From Torpedo marmorata (Eukaryota), in the NCBI GenBank assembly GCA_977017645.1, contig OZ360246.1, positions 13,082,134-13,146,000 on the forward strand: a stretch of DNA of 63,867 nt. Direction: 5' to 3'. Position 1 is the first letter of the stretch. The number at the start of each line of letters is the position of its first letter. The notes beneath the pieces are model-generated. The model worked only from the letters and a program-made list of their open reading frames with translations. It ran no database searches and had not been told where the DNA came from. Of this stretch, positions 25,915 through 39,130 are shown piece after piece. The position numbers and the translations under genes were made by a program.

Positions 25915-27043
25915 TGTTGGAGACAAAATACTCAATTTAGATATTTGCTTTTATAATGCAACAATCACGCCGATTGTGGATCAATTGACGTGTGGGAAAA
26001 TGGTAGAGGTCATTCTGGGTTAGGTATAAAGATTAAGGTTAACTCATTATTATAATGCAATACACATATTACAATGTATGCCAAATTAATATGAGAATAT
26101 AGGTTAGCAGATGCAGATATTTCTGCCTTCCAACGTGGACTATTTGAAACACATCTTTACAAAAAAACACAACTTGATTGATTTGAGTTATAAATGTTGA
26201 CCCAGCAAATGACACCTACAATCTGCTAATGAATACATTATAAAAATAATGAATCACATTGAAACTCATAACAAATACAGTTAATCATTTTCAAGGTAAC
26301 CTTTTTGGGTTTTAAATTCCAATGTTCTCTTATAAAATTGGTGTATCATGTTTGCAATACAAAAATAGATTTCAAGATACTAGCTGACAGCCCAAACATT
26401 TGTTTTAAACCTATGATCGATAATGAAATAATGCTTCAGTAGCAGAATCATTAGGCACTTAAAAGTGCTGAGATCATCAGTCATCTGGGAGGATTTCATA
26501 GTTTCAAAATATTGTTATTTCTATGCTGTTTCATGGTGTATTTTGGAATATTTTCTTGAGAATTTAGGTGAAAGACCAACACTGGAATGGAGGAGACAAG
26601 TAAGGGGGAGGGGGCGGGGGCGAGAGAATATAATAAATGTGGTTTTCCATCTACAATATCAATTTTAAAAGTTGGACATAGTTCAGAGGTAACTATTTCA
26701 GAAGTTAGTTAATCAAACCAAATATTCATCAAAACTAAATGCTAGTGATCGCCTATCTACAAGAGATAGTTTACCTGTGATGGACATAATAGGGATAATT
26801 CAGAATGCAGCAGGGAAGACCAAAATCAAAAGAAAATGTGCTCCTTGTGGCACCTTGACAGGGCTACTAGCAAAGGCGCAGAAACCAGGATGTGCCCAAT
26901 AATAGAGATTCAAGGGAATTGAGGGATTTTTTTTTTAAAAAGTACTCATCCAGCTACTGAAAGTGTTTCAAACAGAGTGAGCAAAACTCACAGTTGAGTT
27001 ATTTGGAAGTTGAGAAAAGCAATCTGTTTTCCTCTTTTAAATA

Positions 27044-28905
27044 CTGTATATTTCGGCGTATAAGTCGACTCACGGATAAGTTGACCCCCCTTTTTCAGCC
27101 TAATTTTAATGGTTTTATTGTATATCCGGCGTATAAGTCGACCCCCAAAAATCGTGACGCCTGAGATGCTGAGCGTTGACTGGCGTATAAGTCGACCCCC
27201 AAAAATCGCGATGATTGCGCTACTGGGCGTTGACCGGCGTATAGGTCGACCCACAACGATCGCGCTGATTTAGCTGCTGGGCGTTGGCTGGAGGTGATTG
27301 TTATCATGGAGGCTCAATTGAAACAACGAAAGTATGAGGCGAGTTTTAAATTAAAAGTGATAGAAATGGCCAAGAAAACCAACAACTGTGCTGCTGCAAG
27401 AAAATTTGATATATATGAGAAGTTGGTAAGAGATTGGAGGAAGAAAGAAGATACTTTAAGAAAAATACCAAAAAGGCAATGTTCCATGAGAAGAGGAATC
27501 ACTCGTTGGCCAGAGTAGGAAAATCATGTTGCAGCATGGGTACGTGAACAGAGGCAAGATTGCTACATTGTTACCCGAAATAAAATAAGAACATTTGCAC
27601 TGAAGTGGGCAAAGTCGCACCCAGAACTCAGTAATGATTTTGAAGCTACAGTAGGCTGGTGCAACCGTTTCATGAACAGGAAAAATCTGGTATTACAACA
27701 AAAAACAAAAATTGCTCAGAAACTACCAAAAGATCTTGATCATAAAGTTGTACGTTTTCACCAGTTTATTATTCCTGCAGAAACACCAGTTTGCATTGGC
27801 AAATATTGGAAACATGGACGAAACCCCCATGAATTTTGACATGATAGGCAATAGAACAGTGGAATGGAAAGGTGTGAAAACTGTGCAAACCAGGAGTACA
27901 GGCCATGAAAGGACCAGGTTTACTGTGGTGTTATCATGCATGGCTGACGGGACAAAGTTAAGACCCATGGTAATCTTCAAATGTAAATTTAAACCTAAAA
28001 TAAAATTCCCTGCTGGTATTTTTGTACATTTTCATGAAAAAGGATGGATGGATGAAAATGGTGTAAGACTATAGATAGACAATGTGTGGAACAGGTGGCC
28101 AGGCGGTTTACGCAAGGAACCGAGTTTGCTGGTCTGGGATATGTTTCGTAGCCACTTAACTGAGAAGACTAAAAGTAGATTAACACAACATAATACTTAC
28201 ATGGCGGTTATCCCGGGTGGTTTGACGTCTATATTGCAACCTCTCGATGTCTGCTTGAACAAGCCATTCAAAGACCATGTGCGTGAAGAGTGGAATACAT
28301 GGATGTCGAGTGCAGAAAAATCATTTACAAAAGGCGGGGCAATGCGTGCTGCATCGCTTGATGTGCTGTGTGACTTCGTGCTCAAGGCATGGGACAAAGT
28401 GAAAGTAGAGACTGTAATAAAATCGTTTAAAAAGTGCGGTATCTCTTGTGCAATTGATGGTACGGAAGATGATTTATTGTGGGACACTGACGACGAAGGT
28501 GAAGCCGCCTCATCAGATACAGATTGGGACCCGTATGATGACTGTTTAAGCACTGAGACCCCGGATGTGCTTGCTGAGATCTTTGCCTCAGACGATGATA
28601 GCGAAAGTGATTTTGAAGAGTTCTAAATGTCTTGTTGTTTTCAATAAAAATGTCAATGAAAATTTGTTGGAGTCGGGTTTTTTTTGGTTTTTCAAGGGTC
28701 CACTTATACGCCAAATCGTGTTTTCAAGGGTCGACTTATACGCCGAATCGTGTTTTCAAGGGTTGACTTATACGCCGAATCGGCGTGGAGTAGTTTTTGA
28801 GCTGATTTTAAGGTCTCAAAAGTATATCCGGCATATAAGTCGACCCCCGTTTTTTGAGAGATTTTTGAGGGTTTCAAGACTCGACTTATACGCCGAGATA
28901 TACGG
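27044..28905 (+). mobile_element. Near full-length pogo-superfamily DNA transposon (POGK/Passer/Tc2-like)
   Basis: TA target duplication (27042-43, 28906-07); 28-bp TIRs C(T/C)GTATAT(T/C)TCGGCGTATAAGTCGA matching at 25/28; internal transposase. Confidence 0.95.
27306..28626 (+). pseudogene. Disrupted DD35D transposase (Brinker-type HTH, CENP-B-type HTH, DDE_1)
   Basis: RKYEASFKLKVIEMAKKTNNCAAARKF resembles the POGK DNA-binding domain. Catalytic motifs are NMDETP, VWD-x35-QPLD. Disrupted by TAG at 27516, a frameshift near 27775 and TAG at 28072. Confidence 0.9.
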
Positions 28906-29831
28906 TAAGTTTTTAAAGTTTTGACCTTAAAATGTTATTCATTTTGAGTGTTAAGGGCTTCACATAATTCAACTCTTTGCTTGATGTTATTTCTTGTATA
29001 CTCTGTTAAAACATTCTCATTCTTTCATAGTACCACCTTTGCAAGATTGAAGCTTGCAGAGGTGTGTATAGCCTCTTCCAGCTCACATGTTCTCTCTCAG
29101 TCTTCAGAGGAAAATCAGGCAGGGAATCTAGTTTAAATTTGAAAATGACTTGGAGAATAGGATTAAATGTCCTAACTAATTCCAACCATATATTTATAAA
29201 ATAAATTTGTCAATGTGTTTCAAGATGATTCATCAAGCAAAACAGTTTACAATGCTATCAGAACCAGAGAAATTTTACTTTTGGATATGTTAGATGTATT
29301 TATGTGAAAAAGTGTTATTTTCACAATATATTTCACTTTAATTACCAAGAAAAATACTTTGCCACATCTTTAAAGAAACCATTCAGATGTTAGTATATCC
29401 CTCCCAAATATACATTTATTGAGGGTGTGTACACAGAGTGAATATAGGAAGATTTGAAAAGGCTTGGGATTACATTGCCTTGTGTGCAAATGGTGCTATG
29501 AATTTCTATAATTAAGATCAATAACAGCTGCTATGTTTCAGTTCCCTCAATGAAAAAATTCGACAGGAGTGTTAGGTTGCCAGGAAAAGTCGAGTGATGT
29601 TAAATAATGTCAGCAACTTAGCAGAAAGGTGAGAATGTGTCATTAATGAAACTGTGCTCCATAGCTGCAGGTTAACTACATAGACTGCACAGGACAATGG
29701 TCAGCACATTTTTATCTAACCAACACAAGGCCTTCCAATCTGACCAAGATTGTTCCACATTCTATATGAATGCCAGTAAAACAGTATTATTTCACATAAA
29801 TGTATAGTGAACTCTAACCATTCCTCAGATG

Positions 29832-31248
29832 ATCAGAATCAGAATCAGAATTTATTGTCATGAACAAGTCATGAAATTCGGTGTTTTGCGGCAGCATCAT
29901 AGTGCAATTAACATTCATATTATAACCATCTTACGACATTACTAAAAAAAATGATAAGTAATAGTGCACGAAAAGTAAGGCAGTGTCTTTGGTTCATTGG
30001 TTATTCAGGAATCTGATGGCAGTGGGGAAGAAGCTGTCCTTGTGCTGTTGAGTGCTCGTCTTTAGGCTCCTGTACCTTTTTCCCGATGGTATCAGAGTGA
30101 AGAGGGCATGGCCTGGGTGGTGGGGGTCTTTGAGGATAGAGGCTGCTTTTTTAAGACACCGCCTCATGTAGATGTCCTCAACGGAGTGAAGTTTGGTGCC
30201 TGTGATGTCACAGGCCGAGTTAACAACCCTCTGGAGTTTACTCTTGTCCTGAGAGTTGGCGCCTCCATACCAGGCAGTGATGCAACCAGCCAGAATGCTC
30301 TCTACGGTACACCTGTAGACGTTTACGAGAGTCTTCGGTGACATACCGAATCTCCTCAGACACCTCACAAAGTATAGCTGCTGACGAGCCTTCTTTGTGA
30401 TTGCATCAACGTGGAGGCTCCAGGACAGATCCTCGGAGATGTTGACACCCAGGAATTTGAAGTTCTTGATCCTCTCCACTACTGAGCCCTCGATGAGGAC
30501 TGGGTTGTGTTCCCCTGACTTCCTCCTGAAGTCCACAATCATCTCCTTGGTTTTGCTGATGTTGAGCTCAAGGTTGTTGTCGTTACACCATTCAACGAGC
30601 TGATCTATCTCCCTCCAGTACGCTTCCTCATTGCTGTTTGTGATTCTGCCGACAACTGTGGTGTCATCGGCAAACTTGTAGATGGCATTGGAATTGTGCC
30701 TGGCCACACAATGATGGGTGTATAACGAGTAGAGCAGTGGACTAAGCACGCATCCTTGGGGTGCGCCTGTGTTGATAATCAGTGAGGAGGAGACGTTGTT
30801 TCCAATTCGTACTGACTGTGGTCTTCCGATGAGAAAGTCAAGGATCCAGTTGCAGAGTGGGGTACAGAGGCCTAGAGTTTGTAGCTTCTTGACCAGCACT
30901 GAGGGAATAATGGTATTGAAGGTCGAGCTGTAGTCGATGAAGAGCAGCAGTATGTATGAATTGCTGTTTTCGAGGTGATCCAGAGCTGAGTGGAGAGCCA
31001 GCGATATTGCATCTGCTGTGGTGCGATTGTGACAATAGGCGAATTGCAGTGGGTCCAGATCTTTGCTTAGGTATGTGTTAATTCTGGCCATGACCAGCCT
31101 CTCAAAGCATTTCATCACAGTAGAAGTTAGTGCTACTGGGCGGTAATCGTTGAGGCAGCCCACACTACTCTTCTTGGGTACCAGGATGATTGATGCCCTT
31201 TTGAAGCAGGTGGGAACCTCTGACTGCCGCAATGAGAGGTTGAAAATG
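29832..31248 (-). mobile_element. Young 5'-truncated Rex1/Babar LINE, copy A (RT ORF 29994-31232)
   Basis: 412-aa open RT frame ([28 protein letters not shown]); 3' tail catgacaataaa(ttctga)n. Confidence 0.95.
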
Positions 31249-31430
31249 AGGAGGATGATGAGAGTTTATTGTCATGTATGTAAGTACAATGTACAGATGT
31301 ACTGAAATTCTTGCTTGTTGTATGCACACAAGGATATTAGCACACTAACAAACAATGTTTCACTTAAATTACCACCACAGAGAAAAAAAGATAAATATAA
31401 AAGGATAGATAAATATTCACAGTTACATTT
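31249..31430 (-). mobile_element. 3' UTR remnant of an older Rex1-type LINE with a (TCA)n tail
   Basis: The reverse complement resembles 7930-8011 (gtacattgtac...atgacaataaactc(tca)n). Confidence 0.7.
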
Positions 31431-33059
31431 CAAAAATGTGAGGGTCTCAATCTGGTTTTAGTGTGGACCTTCACACTCACTTGAGGACTTCATTGACATT
31501 TAATCAGAAAAATAGCCCATTGGTAAATTTGCAAGTTTGGTATACACAGGCAAAAATACCTGGATTCAACTCCACGTCTGTACAATGAAGAGGTATTGAT
31601 AAGTACACTCTACTTGCTCTTGGATACATGGAAGAGAATCTTATGAAACATACCCTGATTGCGATCTGCTCTTGCTAGAAAGTGTACAGACATATGTGTT
31701 ATTGGGGCAGGATTAATTTTCAGCAACGTACTCATGAAGAATGGATGTATTGATGAGGCACCTGGAAAAAAGTAACATCTATATATCCATATCACCAGGT
31801 TGAATTAATATTTTCAGAAGAAAGCTTAAGCAGAATGTAGTTAATTGTATAGAAGTTTAATTTTATTCAGTTTTCATGTTTACATTGTGCATTAAAATAT
31901 AATGTGCCTGTTTTAAACTTTGTAAACTAATTTCTGCTCAAAATACTGCCCACTAGAAAAAAAATTGGATTGGGCCATTCCTGTTGTTATGTACCTTAAA
32001 ACAGTTTTTATTTGTCTTTTGAATATACCACATAAGATGTTATCAGTGTGCATAGCTGCTTTTAATTACTCAACAGAGAGTGGATTAATACATTGCAACT
32101 TCAATCTTCGTAATTTACTCACAAGGGAAAGACATTGGCTGAACGTGAACCCTACATAATGTAAAGGGGTGCTACTGGGATATTATATTATATTCTATAA
32201 ATTGGATGCACTACTTCCTCTATAAAGATTATTTTATTAAAAATCGCTGTACCCATACGACTGGGTGCAATTCCAGCCCTAAATCATCCCTGGCCACATT
32301 CTGGGCATTTGCCCAACCCACTTCCCTCCACCCATCCATCTCACTGTGCCAATTAGGCTGTTTGATAGTTTAGTCCATGCACAATTAATTCCAGAGCTCA
32401 ATCATAGATTGCCCTACTACCCAATTTCCCTTCACTTTATTTCCTCCTTCCCCACCCTGTGTTTACCACATCTCTCCTAACTATTTCATCTCCTTTCCAT
32501 ATCCGCCTCAGGCTGCCATAGTGAGATCGCATTAACAGTGTTGACTCCTTTTTGCATTGGAGCCAGGCAAGCAACAGTAGCTAGAATGTGCAAGTCATTT
32601 TTAATGTCTTTTAAAAGGAATAAACTATGGTAAGTATTTTTAAAGTAGAGTGGCCCGGTTTAACATTTTCTTTTGTGATTATTTACTGGCCTTGATGCAT
32701 TGATTGCTGCGTTGCCTTGCTAGGTCCTCTGAAATGGCTTAGCATTGCCAATCATCAGTGGGCAATTTGGAAAGGACAATATATGTTGACCTTGTCAGTA
32801 TCACCCATGTTGTGCAAGCAAATAAAGAAACAAGATTTACACTACATGGTGGAATCTTTCATCTCCTTTTCTTCTGCAATTGATAAATTCTTAAACCTAA
32901 TAAATCAGCAAATGATTTATCCTTATTATTAACATTTCACAGGTCTATTACGATGATTTTTGATCCTATGGTTTATTAGCATATTTTTCAAGCTTTGTAG
33001 TTCTATTTTACTTTAATTAATTTCTATATAATTCATTTTCAGATCTGGATGAATCTGTC

Positions 33060-33700
33060 AACCCTTAAAAACCCCTGAGAAAGTAGTGATCGGCCAATTT
33101 TGTGAACAGCTGCAGTCCTTCTGATGAAGCTGTCAGAGAGAGAATTCCAGGATTTAAACCCACTGACAATGAGGAATAATAATATATTTCCAAGTTGGGA
33201 TAGTGTGGAACTTGGAACTTGGAGGGAAACTTGCAGATGATTGCGTTCCCATGCACCTGCTATCCTTGTCCTTCTTGGGGATAGCAGTTGCAGGTTTGAT
33301 GGTTGTGTTGGAATATCCTCGACAAGGAACTGTAATGCTGCACACTACAGCTGCTCTGTATTGGTGGTGGAGTGAATAAATATTTAGGGTGATTGATACA
33401 GTATTAATGAAACAGGTTGCTATGTTTTGGATTGTGTTGAACCTCCTGAGTGTTGTTGGAACTTATTTGAGAACACTTCTTATTGTACTTTACCTTGTAG
33501 GTGGTGGAAAGACTAGAAGTGTCACTTGAGTCATTTACTGCAGAAGAGCCAGCCTTTAACCTACTTCTATAACTGTGTCTTAAAGTGTTTAGCTTCGTTG
33601 GGGTTTTGGTCAGTGGTAATTTCACCTCCCCCCAAACTACAAAGATGTTGATGATGAAAGATTTGACACTGATAATGTCAATGAATGTCAAGAGTAGGTA
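33060..33700 (-). mobile_element. Old CR1-like LINE 3' fragment
   Basis: Degenerate CR1-type 3' sequence (catgggaac...tgcaagtttccctccaag). Confidence 0.5.
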
Positions 33701-33709
33701 ATGTTTAGA

Positions 33710-34137
33710 AGGAGGTCTTTTCCAGGTCAATTGGAGAATTTGCTGCAGACATTCTGAGCCAAGACTGCTTCTTGTGGTCATACTAGCTTTTTCCCTCTAT
33801 ACATGGGAAGACATTACAGAAGAAAAGATTAAAGGATATACTGAAAGCCTCCTTGAAAAATTGCAACATCCCCATTGACCTTGGAAACTCATGGACCATG
33901 ACTATTCAAAGTGGGGAAGGAGCATTTGAGCTGTGACTGAGCACCTCGAGTACATACATCAGGAGCACACAGAAATCCTGCATAACTTACAGAAGTCCAT
34001 ACCTCACAAACTATTCAACCACACTCTCTGTCAGCTACTGTCTGTGGAAGAGTGTATTTCCCACAACAGCTGTAGGTGTCACTTCAGAATCCACAAAACT
34101 GGAGTAGGAGCAAGTCATTCTTGATCCCAAAGGACTC
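33710..34137 (+). mobile_element. RTE-type LINE 3' fragment
   Basis: KRxKDxLKASLKxCNI-like remnant and 3' end agaatccacaaaactggagtaggagcaagtcattcttgatccc. Confidence 0.55.
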
Positions 34138-34520
34138 TTTATGGCTTTCTCAATCATTTTGGAGCACATTTATGATTTTACCTAATTAGTGGACCTGGAG
34201 TAAGGGTTCCTCTGCTGATCCAATTTTTTTGTAACTTTTTTTCCTGTTTGTTTTGTTGTTTTAATTTTGGATGGTCTTTTTCTGTTTGTGCTGATGATTT
34301 GTTTGATATTAAGTAAATTTTCCATTTAGATCAATGATTAATGTTTTTTGATATACATTACTAATCTCTGACATTAAAGTGATTTTCAATTATTGTCATG
34401 TATGAGTACATGCCCAGTGGTTTTGCTCGCAATGCTTATGGGTATATAGTAGTATTATGATTATTATACTGTGTAATGAAGTAGTTTGCATTAGCTATTA
34501 AGCTATCTTTAAAATGGCAA

Positions 34521-35124
34521 TGCACAAAAGTGCTGGAGAAACTCAGAGGTCACACTGCATCCATAGGAAGCAAAGGGTAACCAACATTTTGGGCCTGAGA
34601 CCTTCATCAATATATGAGCAAAAAGCAGGCAGGCACCTGAATAAAAAGGTGGGGAAGAGAGGAAAGAAGGGAAGAAGGAACAAGGGGAGGATCACAGGAC
34701 AACAGGCAAGAGGTCATTGGTGGATATGAGTGGGAGGACAGCTGAGAAATGATAGGGGAGGGGGTAGGTCTCTGAATGAAGAGGGAAGGGGCAGGGAGCT
34801 GGAGGAAAGGAGACAGAGGGATAGAGAAAGAGAGGGAGATGGGGAGGGGCCTAATGGAAGCCGGAGAAGTTGATGTTAATGCCATCTGGTTGGAGAGTGC
34901 ACAGGCGGAATATTAAGTGTTGTTCTTCCAATTTGCGGGTAGCCTCGGTTCGGCAGTGCACGAGGCATGGACAGTCATGTCAGTGTGGGAATGGGGTTTT
35001 GCACAAAAGTGCTGGAGAAACTCAGCAGGTCACTCAGCATCTATGGGAAGCAAGGGTAACCAATGTTTCCGGCCTGAGCCCTTCGTCAAGGTATGAGCAA
35101 AATGCAGGCAGGCACCTGAATAAA
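34521..35124 (-). mobile_element. Penelope-like element 3' fragment with tandem pseudo-LTRs
   Basis: Direct repeats at 34521-34645 and 35000-35124 flank a GIY-YIG C-terminal remnant homologous to 61564-61700. Confidence 0.85.
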
Positions 35125-35219
35125 TACACAAATGGGCGAGAGAAGCTCACCAGGTTACTTGCCTGGTTCACTGGAAAATATATTGCTAGCTAACATCTTC
35201 TTTTAAAAAAAGCGAATGA

Positions 35220-37540
35220 CACAGAACACAGAACATTACAAGCACTTCAGCCAAAATGTTGTGCCAACCTATGTAAACCTACTTCACAATAATTCAATCC
35301 TTCCCTACCTCACACCTATAACACTCTTTTTTTGAACATCCATCAGCCTATCTAAGAGTCTTTTAAAGGTCCCTACCGCACCAGCCTCCACCACCACCCC
35401 CGGCAATGCATTCCAGGCACCCGACACATTCTGCATAAAAAAAAAGAAAACTTTGACATCTTCCCAAAACTTTCCTCCACTCATCTTAGACAATTGTACT
35501 CTAGTATTTGCTATTGTTGCCCTGGAAAAAGGTACTGGCTGTCTACTATCTATGCCCCTCATAATCCTATATACCTCTATTAAGTCGCCTCTCATCCTTT
35601 GTTATTCCAAAGAGAAAAGTTATAGCCCTGTCAACCTTGCTTCATAAGACATTCTCCAATCCAGTCAATATCCTGGTAAATCTCCTCTGCACCCTCTCTA
35701 AAGCTTCAACATCCTTCCTGTAATGAGGTGGACAGAACTGAATGCAATACTCCAAGTGTGGTCTGACCAGGGTTTAATAGAGCTGCAACATTACCTGATG
35801 GCTCTTGAACTCAATCCCCTGACTAATGAAGGCCTGCACACCATAAGCCTTCTTAACTATCCTATCATCTTGCACAGCAACCTTGAGGGACCTATGGACC
35901 TGTACCCCAAGATCCCTCTGTTACTCCACACAGTTAAGAATCCTGTCATTAACCACATACTTCACCTTCAAGTTCAAGCTTCCTAAGTATATCACTTCAC
36001 ACTTATCTGGATTGATCTCCATCTGCCACTTTTCCACCAAAGCCTGCATCCTGTCTATGTCCTGTTTTAACCTACCAATCAGTGAAGTTCTTACCAATCA
36101 GTGAAGATTGGTAAGAACTTCTCCTCCACAATCTCCATCAGTACCGGAGCACCACAGGACAATAACACCATCTACAAATTTGCCGACGATACCATGGTAT
36201 TGGGCTGTATAAAGAAAGGGGATGAGTCAGCATACAGGATGGAGATTGAAAACTTGGCTGAATGGTGCATTCAACTGCATTCAATGTCACCAAAACTAAG
36301 GAGCTGATTGTTGACTTCAGGAAAGGAAAGCCAGAGGTATACAATCCAGTGATCATTGGGGGATCAGAGGTGGAGAGGGTGAGCAAATTTAGGTTCTTGG
36401 GAGTTACTATCTCGGAGGATCTTTCCTGGACCCAACACACCAATAGCATCATGAAGAAAGCACGTCAGCACCTCTATTTCCTCAGGAGTTTGCGGAGGTT
36501 CGGTATGACATCAGAAACCCTGGCAAATTTCTACAGATGTGTGGTGGAAAGTGTGCTGATCAGCTGCATCACGGTCTGGTATGGGAACACCAATACCCCT
36601 GAGCATAAATCCTTCCAAAAGGTAGTGGACACAGCCCAGGACATTACAGGCAAAACCCTCCCCACTATTGAGTACATCTACAGGGAATGCTGCCGTCGGA
36701 GGGCAGCAGCAATCATCAAAGACCCACATCACCTAGCACATGCTCTGTTCTCGCTGCTGCCATCAGGAAAGAGGTATAGGTGCCACAAGACTCGCATCAC
36801 CAGGTTCAGGAACCCCTCTACCCCTCTATCATCAGAATCCTCAACGACAAACTCAATCAGAGACCCATTTAAGGACTCTTACTTGTGCACTTTATTGATT
36901 TTATTTTGCTCTCCCTGTATTGCACAGTCAGTTTACATTCGTTATCTGTTTACAGTTCCTTTGATTGTTTACATGTTTACGCTGTGTACAGTTTATTTTT
37001 TTTGCACTACCAATTAGTGGTAATTCTGCCGCGCTTACAGGAAAAAAGGAATCTCAGGGTTGTATGTGATGTCTTGTATATACTCTGACAATAAATCTGA
37101 AATCTATCCACTACACCTCCAATCTTTGTATTATCTGCAAACCTACTGACCCACCCTCCACTTCTTTGTGTGTTATTTATAAAAATCAATAAGAACAGGG
37201 GTTCCAGAACAGATTCCTGTAGAATGGCACTAGTCACTACCACCTTCTGGAGACAAGTCGTCAAATCTGAATCCAAGCAACCAAGATTCCATAGATCCCA
37301 TGCCTCGCTGCTTTCTGAATGAGCCTACCATGGGGGACCTTGTCAAACGCCTTACTAAAATCCATTTACACTGCACCCACTGACATACCTCCATCAATTT
37401 CTTTTGTCACCTCCTCGAATAACTCAACTATGCTCTTGAGGCACGACCTACCCCTCACAAAGCCACAGTGACTATCCCAGAAAAGGCTATGCTTCCCTAA
37501 ATGCTAGTAAATCTTGACTCTCGGATTCTTCTCCATTAGT
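35220..37540 (-). mobile_element. CR1-type LINE fragment split by a Rex1 insertion
   Basis: RGDLIEVYRIMRGID (35305-35595) and ILQESVLEPLFLLIFIN...RFADNTKIGGVVD (37007-37276) are collinear on either side of the insert. Confidence 0.85.
36073..37103 (+). mobile_element. Rex1/Babar-type LINE 3' fragment (second subfamily)
   Basis: YKFADD, TKTKELIVDFRK, SEDLSWTQH; tail ctgacaataaatctgaaatct. Confidence 0.9.
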
Positions 37541-38566
37541 TAAGAATATATTGCAAGTTTTTTGGGGTTTTAATAAAAATAACATTCACCTGTCTGGAAA
37601 ATCTGCTAGTCTGGCATCTCTGAAGTCCCAGACACGCTGGATTATGGGAGCTTTATGATACATAGCTACTGAATCATTAGGATTGCCTGTTCCGACCTCC
37701 AGTATGCTGCCTATCTGCACACTGGTCTCAGCTCATTTTAGTTGAATCTCTTAATCATGCTTTTGTTTCCTCAAGAGGTAAATGTTTCAAAGCCCTCCAA
37801 GCCAGCTTTCTATTCTCTACACTGCATGAACCTGCATTTGTCCAAAAATTCAACTGTCTCTTTACCCTTTACAATATTATGCATGCCTCAATCATAAATG
37901 CTTTTTCCTTCTTTTTAAATTCCTTCATGGCCCTACCCCCTTCCTAACCTTCTAACCTTCTCTAGTTCTGTAACCTTCCAAATATCTTTTGCTTACAAAA
38001 TACTGCACACTTGAGCATCCCTGATTTTAATCAGGCTGCTTTTAACATTGTACCTTCAGTTGCAAAGTCTCTCAATTTCTTCTTTGACATTTCAACCTCC
38101 CTATCTTTCTTTATCCCTTTAAAATTGATTCAAATGTACTATTTTGTTTGATAACTACATATGGAATACCTTCAGGTGTTTTCACTACTTTAAAGGGGTT
38201 TATAAATACGAGGTTTGTTGTCAGTCAAACTGCTCTGGCTGGTTAGTAATCTTCATATAATACTGAACACAAGAACATTGAAATATAAGACAACGGACCA
38301 AGAGTAGACCATGCAAACCCTGCAAGCCTACTCTGCCTTTTGATTAGATGATGGTTGATCTATTTTTCAGCTTAATTTCCAATTTTTTTCTCAGATACAG
38401 ACTTTTATTTACCTGTGGCCCAAAATTCTCCTTCCGTCTCAAGTATACTCAATGCCTCATCATCCACAGCTCTCTGGATAGAGAATGTCAATGAGTCACA
38501 ATTCTCTTAGGGAAAAAAGATTCCTCACCTTAGTCTTAAGTTGTTGATTCCTTATTCTGAGACCAA

Positions 38567-39130
38567 TTCAAGTTCAAGTTTATTATCATCTGACAGCATT
38601 TTACTGGACCATGGTGCACACACGTACACACACATTACGCAACACATAATAATCACATATATACTTAAAGATATAATTTAAAATAAATATATATAAATAT
38701 TTTGAAATGATTTACTCAGTTACAGGATACTGTTCACCAATCTCACAGCCTGTAGAAAGAAGCTATTTCCCATTCTAGTCGTCCTGATTTTGATGCTCCT
38801 GTACCTCTTTCTTGATTGTAATAGATCAAAGACACCGTGTGCTGGATAGAAAGGGTCCTCAATAATTCTTTGAGCCCTATTTAAGGAACACTCTCGGTGA
38901 ATGTCATCAGTAGAGGAAAGGGAGACCCCAGTGATCTTCTCGGCCGTTTTGATGATCATCTCTATTGACTTCCGGTCTGATGCTTTGCAGCTAGTTGAGG
39001 GTCACGAAGAGCGCAGCTTAAATAGAACACTGCAAACAGAAATTGAGTATTTACTTACCAAGGGATTTCAGTGCAGAGGGTAGGATGATGCAACCAGACA
39101 TGACACTCTCAATTATGCTGCTGTAAAACT
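38567..39130 (-). mobile_element. Rex1-type LINE 3' fragment carrying a 90-bp foreign insert
   Basis: IIKTAEKITG...RKRYRSIKIRTTRMGNSFF; (ttgaac)n tail. Confidence 0.8.

Noticed and set aside
27054-28900. CRISPR-like repeat-spacer arrays
   Set aside because: Vertebrate DNA; the repeats are TIR-core motifs inside a pogo transposon, and the spacers resemble each other
29994-31232. Active autonomous LINE or domesticated RT gene
   Set aside because: 5'-truncated, with no endonuclease or promoter; the open frame reflects recent insertion
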